64,000 bases of DNA from NCBI GenBank assembly GCA_023818695.1, contig JAMWCF010000001.1, positions 275,306 to 339,305 of the forward strand, written 5' to 3'. Below are positions 1 through 8,793 of this stretch, in pieces. Each line of letters starts with the position of its first letter. Position 1 is the stretch's first letter. The translations under genes and the position numbers were made by a program. The stretch comes from Candidatus Omnitrophota bacterium. Lineage in GTDB: Bacteria; Omnitrophota; Gorgyraeia; 1-14-0-20-64-10. The notes under the pieces are model-generated. The model was not told the origin of the DNA. It did no database searches and saw only the letters and a program-made list of their open reading frames with translations.

Positions 1-343
1 CGGCACATTCGGCTACGAAGAGGTCGTCACCCCCAGGGAACGGGAGTTTATCATCTGCAGGACTGCGGCGCTGGCGAAGCAGTTGGATTACAAGTTGCCT
101 GCCGAACCGGCAGGTTTTCTGCGGAGGTTGTTTCTGACGTTGGCATGGCTCTTACCGGACAAGTGGGAAGTGGGGAGCGTTCATCTGCATCCCAGATGGC
201 TTTCTGCTTTCTTTGGCCGGCGTCTTTACATTTGGTCCAGACTGCTCTTCCCGGTTTCAAGCGAATCCGGCCTGATACCGGTCCGGCACCCGGAGTCGCC
301 CGCCGCCGTTCCCGCGGCCGCCAAAAAAATCGGCGGCAAACCG

Positions 344-1633
344 GTGATCGAGATCACCGGATTGGGCAAACAATACCGGATCGGACAGCGGGAGCGGTAC
401 ATCGCGCTGCGCGACACGCTGGTGAAGATAGCGCAGGCACCGTTCCAGCAAAAGCAGCCGGAACACCCTCCGGAATCGACATTCTGGGCCTTGAAGGACG
501 TCGACCTGATGATCCAACCCGGTGAAGTACTCGGCGTCATCGGCCCTAACGGAGCAGGGAAATCGACCCTCCTGAAAATCCTCTCTCGGATCACTGAACC
601 GACGCAGGGGAAGGCAATCATTCGGGGAAGGGTCGGATCCCTGCTGGAAGTAGGGACCGGCTTCCATCCGGAGCTGACCGGCCGGGAAAACATCTACTTG
701 AACGGGGCTATCCTGGGAATGCAAAGGTCCGAGATCCGCCGAAAGTTCGATGAGATTGTCGATTTCTCAGGCATTGAGCAGTTCATCGATACGCCGGTCA
801 AGCGATACTCCAGCGGAATGTATGTCCGGCTGGCGTTTGCCGTGGCCGCTCACCTGGAGCCGGAAATCCTCCTGGTGGATGAGGTACTTGCTGTTGGGGA
901 TGCCTCCTTTCAACGGAAATGCCTTGGCAAAATGAGTCAGGTGGCCCACAGCGGGCGGACCATCTTCTTCGTCAGTCACAATATGTCGGCCATTAGGAAC
1001 CTCTGCAGCAGGGCCATCTGTCTTGACGGCGGCCGCCTGATTTCCGATGGAGAAACCGATAAAGTAATCCTGGACTACCTCTCCCGCGACAGGGATGCCC
1101 AGGGCCAAGGACACATGGATCTGCTGCATTTTCCGAATCGGGGCGGTTCCGGCACCGTTCGGATCACTTCTTTCGAGGCGCGCCCCGGTGACATGAACTC
1201 TGCCGCTTTGCGGACCGGCGCCGATGCCGAGTTCTATATTGGCTACCGGTCCGCCGGAACAAAGGGACCGGCCAGCCTGAATGTTATTGTCACCGTCCTG
1301 GACGGACTGGGAGACAGCATTTTTATGTGCATGCCTGCTTTCACCCCCTTGAAGGAGTTTCGGGACCTGCCTCCGGCGGGGATCATCCAGTGCCGGATCA
1401 AAAATCTGCCCCTGATTCCGGGTCGGTACACGGCGAACCTTTCCCTCAAGGATGAGGCGGGCGTGGCGGACGTCATCAATGGAGCTGTCAGCTTCGACGT
1501 CATTGACGCTGGGGAAAGCGGTCTCTCCGCCTTGCCGTGTGGCAGATGGGGCAAGATCGTCGTGACCCAGGAGTGGGAATACATCGAAAACAGACTCCCG
1601 GGGAGCCGGGACGCCGGCGGGAGGATCGGTTGA
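344..1633 (+). CDS. wzt: Polysaccharide/O-antigen ABC exporter ATP-binding protein (Wzt/TagH type) with C-terminal Wzt_C-like extension
   Basis: Walker A GPNGAGKST, ABC signature YSSGMYVRLAFA, Walker B ILLVDEVLAVGD and H-loop FFVSHN. About 170 aa follow the NBD, as in Wzt proteins that carry a glycan-terminus-binding domain. The start is uncertain: the frame is open back to nt 2 and the ORF track starts at TTG 83. GTG 344 gives the usual N-terminus (M)IEITGLGKQYRIG, places Walker A near residue 67, and yields about 429 aa. Confidence 0.85.
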   Translation: MIEITGLGKQYRIGQRERYIALRDTLVKIAQAPFQQKQPEHPPESTFWALKDVDLMIQPGEVLGVIGPNGAGKSTLLKILSRITEPTQGKAIIRGRVGSLLEVGTGFHPELTGRENIYLNGAILGMQRSEIRRKFDEIVDFSGIEQFIDTPVKRYSSGMYVRLAFAVAAHLEPEILLVDEVLAVGDASFQRKCLGKMSQVAHSGRTIFFVSHNMSAIRNLCSRAICLDGGRLISDGETDKVILDYLSRDRDAQGQGHMDLLHFPNRGGSGTVRITSFEARPGDMNSAALRTGADAEFYIGYRSAGTKGPASLNVIVTVLDGLGDSIFMCMPAFTPLKEFRDLPPAGIIQCRIKNLPLIPGRYTANLSLKDEAGVADVINGAVSFDVIDAGESGLSALPCGRWGKIVVTQEWEYIENRLPGSRDAGGRIG

Positions 1634-1647
1634 ACGGTAAGACCCAG

Positions 1648-2340
1648 ATGATAGCGGTGATCCCTGCGCGCGGAGGATCCAAGGGGATCCCGAAGAAAAA
1701 CATCCGGCTTTTGGAGGGCAAACCCCTTCTAGTTTATACCATTGAGCAGGCCCGGAAATCCAGCAGCCTGAAAAGGGTCATCGTATCGACTGACGACGAT
1801 GAGATTGCCGCGGTGGCCCGGCGGAACCAGGCGGAGGTGGTCCGGCGTCCGGCGGAACTGGCGCAGGACACCTCCCGGACGGAGGAGGCGCTGATCCACG
1901 CCCTTGAATCGCTGCGGGAGCGGGAAAACTACCGACCGGAGGCGGTGGTAACGCTGGAACCGACTTCGCCGTTGAGGCCGGCCCGGCTCATTGACGAATG
2001 CATCCGGCTTTTCAAAGAAACCGATGCCGATTCTGTCATCACGGTCACGGAAACGAGGGAATGTCTGGGGAGGATCCGCGAAGGACGCTTCGAGTTTCTT
2101 TTCCCGAACCAGCCCAGGCGGCGCCAGGAAAGGGAACCCTTGTTCAAAGAGAACAGCGCCGTCTACGTGACGCAGACGGAAACTCTTTTGAGAAAACGGT
2201 CTGTTCTCGGTGACCGGCTTTATGCGGTCGTCTGTAGTCCCGAAGAAGCAATCGACATCAACACCGAACATGACCTGATCGTGGCGGAGACCCTGCTGCG
2301 CTTGGCACAACAGCGGCAGAGGGTCTACTCGCCCGCCTGA
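1648..2340 (+). CDS. neuA: Acylneuraminate (nonulosonate) cytidylyltransferase, NeuA/LegF-like
   Basis: MIAVIPARGGSKGIPKKNI...GKPLL...VIVSTDDDEI is the N-terminal signature of the CMP-NeuAc synthetase family. Start is ATG 1648; TTG 1630 overlapping the wzt stop is an alternative. The 1537..1647 part of the ORF overlaps wzt and looks non-coding. Confidence 0.85.
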   Translation: MIAVIPARGGSKGIPKKNIRLLEGKPLLVYTIEQARKSSSLKRVIVSTDDDEIAAVARRNQAEVVRRPAELAQDTSRTEEALIHALESLRERENYRPEAVVTLEPTSPLRPARLIDECIRLFKETDADSVITVTETRECLGRIREGRFEFLFPNQPRRRQEREPLFKENSAVYVTQTETLLRKRSVLGDRLYAVVCSPEEAIDINTEHDLIVAETLLRLAQQRQRVYSPA

Positions 2341-2362
2341 AAGAGAAGAGGAGGAGATCGCC

Positions 2363-3403
2363 GTGATCCAACCCGTTCAAATCGGCCGCCGGATGGTCGG
2401 GCCGGGGCATAAACCGTTCATCATCGCCGAGGCCTGCATCAACCACGAGGGGAATTTCGAGATGGCCCGGAAGATGGTCCATGTCGCCCACGCCATGGGG
2501 GCGGATTGCATCAAATTCCAGATCCACATCCTGGAAAATGAGATGCTGCGAGAGGCGCCCCAATCGGAAAATTTCGACGAGCCGCTGTACGACACGCTGG
2601 AGAAGACAAACCTCTCCGTGGACGAGCACAGAAAGCTCAAAGCTCTGTGCGAACAGCTCGGCATCTTTTACCTGTGCACCCCCTTCAGCCGGGACGGCGC
2701 CGACATCCTGGAGGAGATCGGCGTGGAGGCGTTCAAGACCGGGTCGGGGGAGCTGACGAACCTGCCCCTGCAGGAACATATCGCCAGGAAGGGCAAGCCG
2801 ATGATCGTCTCCACCGGCATGTGCACCGAGGAGGAGGTGGCGGAGACCGTCAGCCTGATTCAAGGCATCGGCACCCCTCTGATCCTGACCCACTGCGTCT
2901 CCGCTTACCCGACCCCGTACCGGATCGTCAACCTGGGGATGATCCGGAAATACGCCGATCGGTTCCAGGTGCCGGTGGGCCTCTCGGACCATTCCAGGGG
3001 AATTTACACCGCTCTAGGAGCCGTCCCTTACGGAGCGTGCGTTCTGGAAAAACATTTCACGCTGGACAAGATGAGGGGCGGACCGGATAACCCGGTCTCG
3101 ATCGAACCGGGGGAACTGGCCGAACTTGTGAAAGGGGCCGACGCGATTTTCCAAGCGATGGGAGAGGAGCGGCGGATCTTCGAGGAAGAGAAACAGATCG
3201 TTGCCTGGGCGAGGGAGAGCGTGGTGACCGAGAAACCGATCAAGAAGGGAACTGTCATCACCAGAGAGATGGTCTGGGTGAAAAGACCTGGTCCCGGCCC
3301 CGGTGCTATTCCGGCAAAAGATTTGAAGAAGGTGATCGGCAAAACAGCGCTGGCCGACATCCCGAAAGACCAACAGCTTTTGTGGTCTCATGTCGGACGA
3401 TAA
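2363..3403 (+). CDS. neuB: N-acetylneuraminate/legionaminate synthase (NeuB family with C-terminal SAF domain)
   Basis: GTG 2363 lies 7 nt after GGAGGAG. Motifs present: AEACINHEGN, IKFQ, TPFS, KTGSGE, VSTGM, HCVSAYPTP, GLSDHS, LEKHFTLDK..GGPD. A SAF-like tail follows (KPIKKGTVITREMVWVKRPG). Confidence 0.9.
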   Translation: MIQPVQIGRRMVGPGHKPFIIAEACINHEGNFEMARKMVHVAHAMGADCIKFQIHILENEMLREAPQSENFDEPLYDTLEKTNLSVDEHRKLKALCEQLGIFYLCTPFSRDGADILEEIGVEAFKTGSGELTNLPLQEHIARKGKPMIVSTGMCTEEEVAETVSLIQGIGTPLILTHCVSAYPTPYRIVNLGMIRKYADRFQVPVGLSDHSRGIYTALGAVPYGACVLEKHFTLDKMRGGPDNPVSIEPGELAELVKGADAIFQAMGEERRIFEEEKQIVAWARESVVTEKPIKKGTVITREMVWVKRPGPGPGAIPAKDLKKVIGKTALADIPKDQQLLWSHVGR

Positions 3404-4550
3404 AAGACGCCATATTGCCGTCGTGACCGGCGGCCGGATGACCTACGGCTATTCCCGCCCGATCATGCGAAAGATCGAGAGGGAACCGGGCATGCGCTAC
3501 TCTCTGATCGTCACCAACCAGCACCTTCTGCCCAGCTTCGGGCATACGGTCAGCGAAATAGAGAAAGACAACCTTAACATCACCGACCGGATCTACATGG
3601 CGCTGGACGGTTATACCCCGGCGACCATGGCGAAATCGCTGGGGGTCTTCCTGCTGGGAGTCACGGACGCCCTGGTCCGGTTGAAGCCGGACATCACGCT
3701 GGTGGTGGGGGATAGGGGTGAGCACCTGATCGCCGCGATGGCAGCCGCCCACATGAATATCCCGGTTGCCCACATCCAGGCCGGAGAGCTGTCTGGCAAC
3801 ATCGATGGGATGACCCGGCACGCCATCGCCCGGTTCGCGCACCTGCATTTCGCTTCCAACCAGGACGCCGCAGACCGCTTGAGGAAAACCGGCGAACAGG
3901 AATTCCGGATCTTCCTCACGGGAGCGCCGCAGCTGGACGAGCTGGTGAACAGCGAATACGCCTCCCGGGAGGAGGTGGCTGCCATCTTCCGGCTGGATTT
4001 GAAGAAACCAACGATCTTAGTGGCCCAACACCCGGTCACCGAAGAGTTCGGCGGCGCGCAAAAGCAGATACAGGAAACGCTCGAAGCGGTCACCAGCTTC
4101 GGCCTGCAGACCATCGTTATCTTTCCGAACAACGACGCCGGCAGCGAGGAGATCCGACGGGTGATGGAGCGTTACAGGAAACCATTCCTGCGTATCGAGC
4201 GGAACCTCCCCAGGCGCCTCTACGCGGGGCTCATGAACGTGGCATCGGTGCTGGTGGGAAATTCCAGCAGTGGACTGATCGAGGCCCCTTGCTTTAAACT
4301 GCCGGCCGTCAACATCGGCAACCGGCAGAGGGACCGGTTCCGCGGCAACAACGTGATCGACGTGCCGTACGCCCAGGAAGCGATTCGACGGGGGATAGAG
4401 AAGGCCCTTTCCGCCGAATTCCAGAAATTCATCCGGGAGAACTGCGACAACCCGTATTTCGGGGACGGCCGGGTTTCGGACAGGATCGTCGAGATCCTCA
4501 AGACGGTCTCCATCGATGAGAAGCTGCTGAAGAAGCAGCTCGCTTACTGA
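3390..4550 (+). CDS. neuC: UDP-N-acetylglucosamine 2-epimerase (hydrolysing), NeuC/LegG-like
   Basis: IAVVTGGR..., VVGDRGE, and HIQAGELSGNIDG in place of the HxEAG epimerase motif, as in NeuC. Length 386 aa. Overlaps neuB by 14 nt and sits in a neuA-neuB-neuC arrangement. Confidence 0.85.
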   Translation: MSDDKRRHIAVVTGGRMTYGYSRPIMRKIEREPGMRYSLIVTNQHLLPSFGHTVSEIEKDNLNITDRIYMALDGYTPATMAKSLGVFLLGVTDALVRLKPDITLVVGDRGEHLIAAMAAAHMNIPVAHIQAGELSGNIDGMTRHAIARFAHLHFASNQDAADRLRKTGEQEFRIFLTGAPQLDELVNSEYASREEVAAIFRLDLKKPTILVAQHPVTEEFGGAQKQIQETLEAVTSFGLQTIVIFPNNDAGSEEIRRVMERYRKPFLRIERNLPRRLYAGLMNVASVLVGNSSSGLIEAPCFKLPAVNIGNRQRDRFRGNNVIDVPYAQEAIRRGIEKALSAEFQKFIRENCDNPYFGDGRVSDRIVEILKTVSIDEKLLKKQLAY

Positions 4551-4561
4551 AAGAGGCGGCT

Positions 4562-4903
4562 ATGACCAAAAAAATCGACCTGTTCACGATCAAGATCACC
4601 GACAACGTCCGGACAGCGATGGAGAAGATCACCGCCAATAAACACCGAGCCGTCGTGGTGCTCGACGGCAGGAAGGTCGTCGGGACGGTCAGCGACGGGG
4701 ACGTGCGCCGGGCACTCCTGAAGGAGATTCTCCCGATCGCGCCGGTGGAGGAGATCATGAACATCAACTGCCGGACCACCACCGAAACCGACCCCGGCAA
4801 ACAGAGGGAGATCCTATCCCGCGAAAAGGTGACCCTCCTGCCGGTCATTAACAAAGACAATGAGCTTATCGACGTCGCGCTTGCCTACGAACCGTTCGAA
4901 TGA
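4562..4903 (+). CDS. Stand-alone CBS-pair domain protein
   Basis: 113 aa with two CBS-like repeats (AVVVLDGRKVVGTVSDGDVRRALL and LLPVINKDNELIDVALAY). Embedded in the nonulosonate module. Confidence 0.7.
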   Translation: MTKKIDLFTIKITDNVRTAMEKITANKHRAVVVLDGRKVVGTVSDGDVRRALLKEILPIAPVEEIMNINCRTTTETDPGKQREILSREKVTLLPVINKDNELIDVALAYEPFE

Positions 4904-6614
4904 TGATCTGAAACTATGGCTCCGGTCCTTTCTGAAGCAGATCCGGCTTTTTCCCGCTCTGCGGGCGATTCTGCGGCTGTGGAAGATCGCGTCTGACCGG
5001 CCTCTGCGGCGGCAGGAGAACCAGCTCAGGCAGGAATTCGCCGCGTTCAAGAAGCATGTCGGCTCCTCTCTGCTGTGGTCCGCTTCCTCTGGGCGGGCCG
5101 GCAGAAGGGCTCTTGTCATCAGCGTCGGGTTCCCCAGCGGCATCAAAGCGGAACTTGGGCTGATCCAAGGGCTGCGGGCGGCCGGATATGAACCGGTGGT
5201 TCTCGCCAAAAGAGAGCCCTGGGTCGCCGCCTACTACCGGCTGGCTGGCCTTCGGGAAATCCTTTTCTGGGACCAATTCATCCGTCCACTGGCGCCGAGT
5301 GCGGTTTTGTCTGCGTTTGACCGGGTGGAAACAATGGCCAGCCTGCTCAAAGTGACGCGGGAAGGAGTCCGTGTCGGTCGGTTCGCGGCATCTACCTGCC
5401 TTCGAAACCTTCGAGTGGGAACCTTGGATTTGAAAGATCCTTCCATAAGGACGGCGGTCCGCATCGCTTTGGGGGAGTCGATGACCCACGCCGACGCCGC
5501 GGTACGGATCCTCCGAATCATCCAACCGCAGCTGGCGCTGTTTGTAGACAGAGGATACACTCCGCAGGGAGAGATCTTCGATCGGTGCCTGGCGGCCGGG
5601 GTCGATGCCGTCACATGGAACATCGCCCACAAAAACAACGTCCTGATGCTCAAACGGTACACCCCGGAAAACAGGGACGATCATCCGGCCTCCCTGTCGG
5701 AGGAGTCCTGGCGGCGAATCCAGCGTCTGCCATGGTCCAGGGAAAAGGGGGACCGGATCCGCCAGGAGTTGTTCGAGGCGTACGCCTCCGGCGACTGGTA
5801 CAGCGAGGTCGGCACCCAGTTTCTCGCGAAGATGGCGTCGGCGGCGCAGTTGAAAGAACGGATCGGCCTGGACGGCTCCAAAAAAACAGCTGTGATCTTC
5901 CCTCACATCCTCTGGGACGGCACCTTCTTCTGGGGGCATGACCTGTTCGACAGTTACGAGCAATGGCTGGTGGAGACCGTGCGGGCCGCCTGCGCCAATA
6001 GGAACGTAAACTGGATCATTAAGATCCATCCCGCGAACTTGATCAAAAACGCCAGAGACGGGGTAACGGGGCAGCCGGCGGAGCTGGCCGTGATTGCAAA
6101 GCAGGTCGGCCGGCTGCCGGACCACATCCGGATGATCCAGCCGGAGAGCGATATCAGCACCTTCTCCCTCTACGGAATCTCCGATTACTGTGTTACCGTC
6201 AGGGGCACGGTGGGGATCGAGGCGGCGCTGTTCGGAATCCCGGTCCTGACCGCTGGAACAGGCCGGTACGACAGGAAAGGGTTTACCATCGATTCCGAAA
6301 CCAGAGAGGAGTATCTCTCGAGGATTGCCCGAATCCAGGATCTGCCCCGACTGACCCCGAACGAGGTCGAGCTGGCGGAACGATTCGCCAGCGGCATCTT
6401 CCTCTGGCGACCTCTGCCGATTCGCTCCTTCACCCTCGAGTACCAGAAAGACAGTCGGGCTTCCATCAAAACGGAGATCCTCCCCAAAACGGAACGCCAG
6501 TGGCGGAAAGCGCCTGACGTGGCCGCCTTCGCGGCATGGGTCGCCGGCTCGAAGGAAACCGATTTTCTGTCCGGCGTTTCTCCGGAACAACCGGCGATGG
6601 CCACCCATCCATGA
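4860..6614 (+). CDS. Capsule_synth (KpsS/KpsC-like) family protein, candidate ulosonic/nonulosonic acid transferase (paralog 1)
   Basis: The C-terminal half has the family pattern seen in the two paralogs at 38614 and 41158: VIFPHI..., IIKIHPAN, VTVRGTVGIEAALFGIPVLTAGTGRYD. The 564-aa ORF on the opposite strand has no motifs and is taken as a mirror ORF. Start is uncertain: ATG 4860 overlaps the CBS gene by 44 nt and TTG 4881 is an alternative. Confidence 0.6.
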   Translation: MSLSTSRLPTNRSNDDLKLWLRSFLKQIRLFPALRAILRLWKIASDRPLRRQENQLRQEFAAFKKHVGSSLLWSASSGRAGRRALVISVGFPSGIKAELGLIQGLRAAGYEPVVLAKREPWVAAYYRLAGLREILFWDQFIRPLAPSAVLSAFDRVETMASLLKVTREGVRVGRFAASTCLRNLRVGTLDLKDPSIRTAVRIALGESMTHADAAVRILRIIQPQLALFVDRGYTPQGEIFDRCLAAGVDAVTWNIAHKNNVLMLKRYTPENRDDHPASLSEESWRRIQRLPWSREKGDRIRQELFEAYASGDWYSEVGTQFLAKMASAAQLKERIGLDGSKKTAVIFPHILWDGTFFWGHDLFDSYEQWLVETVRAACANRNVNWIIKIHPANLIKNARDGVTGQPAELAVIAKQVGRLPDHIRMIQPESDISTFSLYGISDYCVTVRGTVGIEAALFGIPVLTAGTGRYDRKGFTIDSETREEYLSRIARIQDLPRLTPNEVELAERFASGIFLWRPLPIRSFTLEYQKDSRASIKTEILPKTERQWRKAPDVAAFAAWVAGSKETDFLSGVSPEQPAMATHP

Positions 6615-7843
6615 CCGAGTCGCTGCAGGTTCTTCACCTCAACACCTGGGACAATGCCGGCGGATCGGGCAGGGCCTCCTACCGCCTGCACCAGGGGCTG
6701 AAAAAAAGGGGCGTCCGTTCCAGGATGCTGGTCGGCCACAAACGGACCGACGACCCAGATGTCGCTCTAATGGGAAGCTTCCTGGACCGGCTGGCCGGCG
6801 GAATCTGCAACGCCGCCGGTTTTCATTACCTCTTTTATCCCAGTTCGCTGCGAATCCACAAACACCCCTGGGTGCGAGAGGCCGACATCATCCAAATGTA
6901 CAACACACACGGAGCCTACTTCAGCCACTGGGTCCTGGCCCGCCTAAGCCAGGAGAAACCAGTCATCTGGCGGCTCTCCGACATGTGGGCCCTGACCGGC
7001 CACTGCTCCTATTCATATGAATGCGAGCGCTGGAAAACGGGATGCGGTTCCTGCCCCCATCTGAAGGAATATCCAGCTCTGCCGTGGGATATCACCGGAC
7101 TGCTGTGGAAAATCAAAGATCGGATCTACTCCCGCAGCCGCCTGGCTATTGTCTGCCCCTCCCGCTGGCTCATGAACCTGGCGATGGAAAGCCCCCTTTT
7201 GAACCGGTTCCCGATCCATTGGATTCCCAACGGACTGGATTTGGAGCTGTTCAGACCTCATCCGAAAAAAGAGGCGAAAAACCGATTCGGCATTCCGCAG
7301 GAGAACAAGGTGATCCTGTTCAGCGCCTCCTCGATCCTGTCGCCCCGCAAAGGGGCGGCTTACCTGACGACGGCGCTGGGCCGATTGAACGGTTCATTGG
7401 CCAAGACAACGCTGTTGATCGTCGGGGCGGGAGCCCGGTTGTTTGAAAGCAGACTGTCGGTCGACGTGAAAAGGGTCGAAGCAGTGGAGGGGGACGAGCC
7501 ATTGAGCTGGATCTATTCAGCGGCCGACCTGTTCGTCCTGCCGACCCTGGCCGACAACCTTCCCAACGGGATTCTCGAAAGCATGGCCTGCGGGACGCCG
7601 GCGGTCTCTTTCCGGGTCGGCGGAGTTCCGGAGGCAGTCCGGCACATGGAAACCGGCTACGCGGCGGCGCCGGGAGCAGCGGATGATCTGTCAAAAGGGA
7701 TCCGGCTCCTGCTGGAGGACGACCTCTTGAGGGAGCGGATGGGCCGTCGCTGCCGGGAGGTTACGGAACGGGAATACGGCGAAGAGACGCAGACGGACCG
7801 GTTCGAGAAATTGTACAGAGAGATCTTGAAGGAGAGGCGGTGA
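6611..7843 (+). CDS. Glycosyltransferase family 4 (GT-B, group 1)
   Basis: LQVLHLNTWDNAGGSG N-terminus. C-terminal EX7E-type motif LPTLADNLPNGILESMACGTPAVSFRVGGVPEAV. ATG 6611 forms an ATGA overlap with the upstream stop. Confidence 0.8.
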   Translation: MTESLQVLHLNTWDNAGGSGRASYRLHQGLKKRGVRSRMLVGHKRTDDPDVALMGSFLDRLAGGICNAAGFHYLFYPSSLRIHKHPWVREADIIQMYNTHGAYFSHWVLARLSQEKPVIWRLSDMWALTGHCSYSYECERWKTGCGSCPHLKEYPALPWDITGLLWKIKDRIYSRSRLAIVCPSRWLMNLAMESPLLNRFPIHWIPNGLDLELFRPHPKKEAKNRFGIPQENKVILFSASSILSPRKGAAYLTTALGRLNGSLAKTTLLIVGAGARLFESRLSVDVKRVEAVEGDEPLSWIYSAADLFVLPTLADNLPNGILESMACGTPAVSFRVGGVPEAVRHMETGYAAAPGAADDLSKGIRLLLEDDLLRERMGRRCREVTEREYGEETQTDRFEKLYREILKERR

Positions 7844-8793
7844 GCGACGAGCCGGTTGTCTCGATCGTCACCCCCTCTTTCAACCAGGGGCCTTTCCTGG
7901 AAGAGACAATCCTCTCGGTGCTGAACCAGTCGTATCCCCGTGTGGAGTACCACGTGATGGACGGCGGGTCGACCGACGAAAGCGTGGCGGTCATCCGCAA
8001 ACACGCCGGCCGGCTGGCCTCCTGGGTGAGCGAGCGGGACGCCGGTCAGGCGGACGCGATCAACAAGGGCTGGGCCCGTTCCACCGGCGAGATCCTGGCT
8101 TACCTGAACGCCGACGACCAGTACATGCCTGGGGCCATCGCGGCGGCGGTGGATTTAATGCGCCGACATCCGGAAACGGGGATCCTCTACGGAGCATGCT
8201 GTTCTTTTTTCCCCGACGACCCGGCCGGTCGTCTCTACGAACCACCGGTTTTCAGCCTGAAGCGGCTCCTTCTGGAAAACTTCATTCCACAGCCGACCGT
8301 TTTCATCCGTCGGGAGGTGCTCCGGAAAACCGGCATGCTCAACCGATCGTTGCGCTACTGCCTGGATTACGATCTCTGGATCCGGGCAGCGATCATCGGC
8401 ATCCGATTCGAAAAATTCGACGGCTCGCCGCTCGCCAAATTCCGGCTCTGGCAGGGATCCAAAACATCGGGAGATGCCGAGGGGTGGGCCAGGGAACGTC
8501 TCGACGTTCTGAACCAGCTCTTCGAGGCGGTTTCCCCCGCTTCAGAGCTGGCGCGGATGAAATCGATCGCACTGGCGAAAGGGTACGCGAGCGTCGCTTA
8601 TGGGGCCTCTTTGACCGGCAATAACCGGACGGCTCGCCATTTCCTGGGCAAGGCGATCGCCGCCGACCCGAAAATCATCGGGGATGCCCAATTCATCCGA
8701 ACCGGTCTCCTTTCCCTGATGCCGGACCGTTCTTCGGCCGCCATCCGGCGGCTCCTGTGGAAAAACCGAAGGGAACAGCGGGTGGGGCGGTGA
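7840..8793 (+). CDS. Glycosyltransferase family 2
   Basis: VSIVTPSFNQG...MDGGSTDES...LNADDQY (DxD). GTG 7840 forms a GTGA overlap with the upstream stop. Confidence 0.85.
   Translation: MSDEPVVSIVTPSFNQGPFLEETILSVLNQSYPRVEYHVMDGGSTDESVAVIRKHAGRLASWVSERDAGQADAINKGWARSTGEILAYLNADDQYMPGAIAAAVDLMRRHPETGILYGACCSFFPDDPAGRLYEPPVFSLKRLLLENFIPQPTVFIRREVLRKTGMLNRSLRYCLDYDLWIRAAIIGIRFEKFDGSPLAKFRLWQGSKTSGDAEGWARERLDVLNQLFEAVSPASELARMKSIALAKGYASVAYGASLTGNNRTARHFLGKAIAADPKIIGDAQFIRTGLLSLMPDRSSAAIRRLLWKNRREQRVGR

Noticed and set aside
141-156. Sigma-54-like TGGCAT-N5-TTACC upstream of wzt
   Set aside because: The -12 element lacks the conserved GC (TTAC instead of TTGC), and the site lies about 190 nt from the likely start. 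This is a chance-level match.
4914-6608. 564-aa ORF on the minus strand, opposite the KpsS-like CDS
   Set aside because: No recognisable motifs, and an Arg/Pro/Gly-rich low-complexity composition typical of antisense ORFs in high-GC DNA. The + strand ORF carries family motifs. The same reasoning applies to minus-strand ORFs 13155..14537, 22209..23825, 23831..25024, 28612..29625, 30224..30892, 30841..31725, 33530..35113, 45328..46566, 46806..48065, 59869..60996 and 63194..63976, and to the many short nested ORFs.
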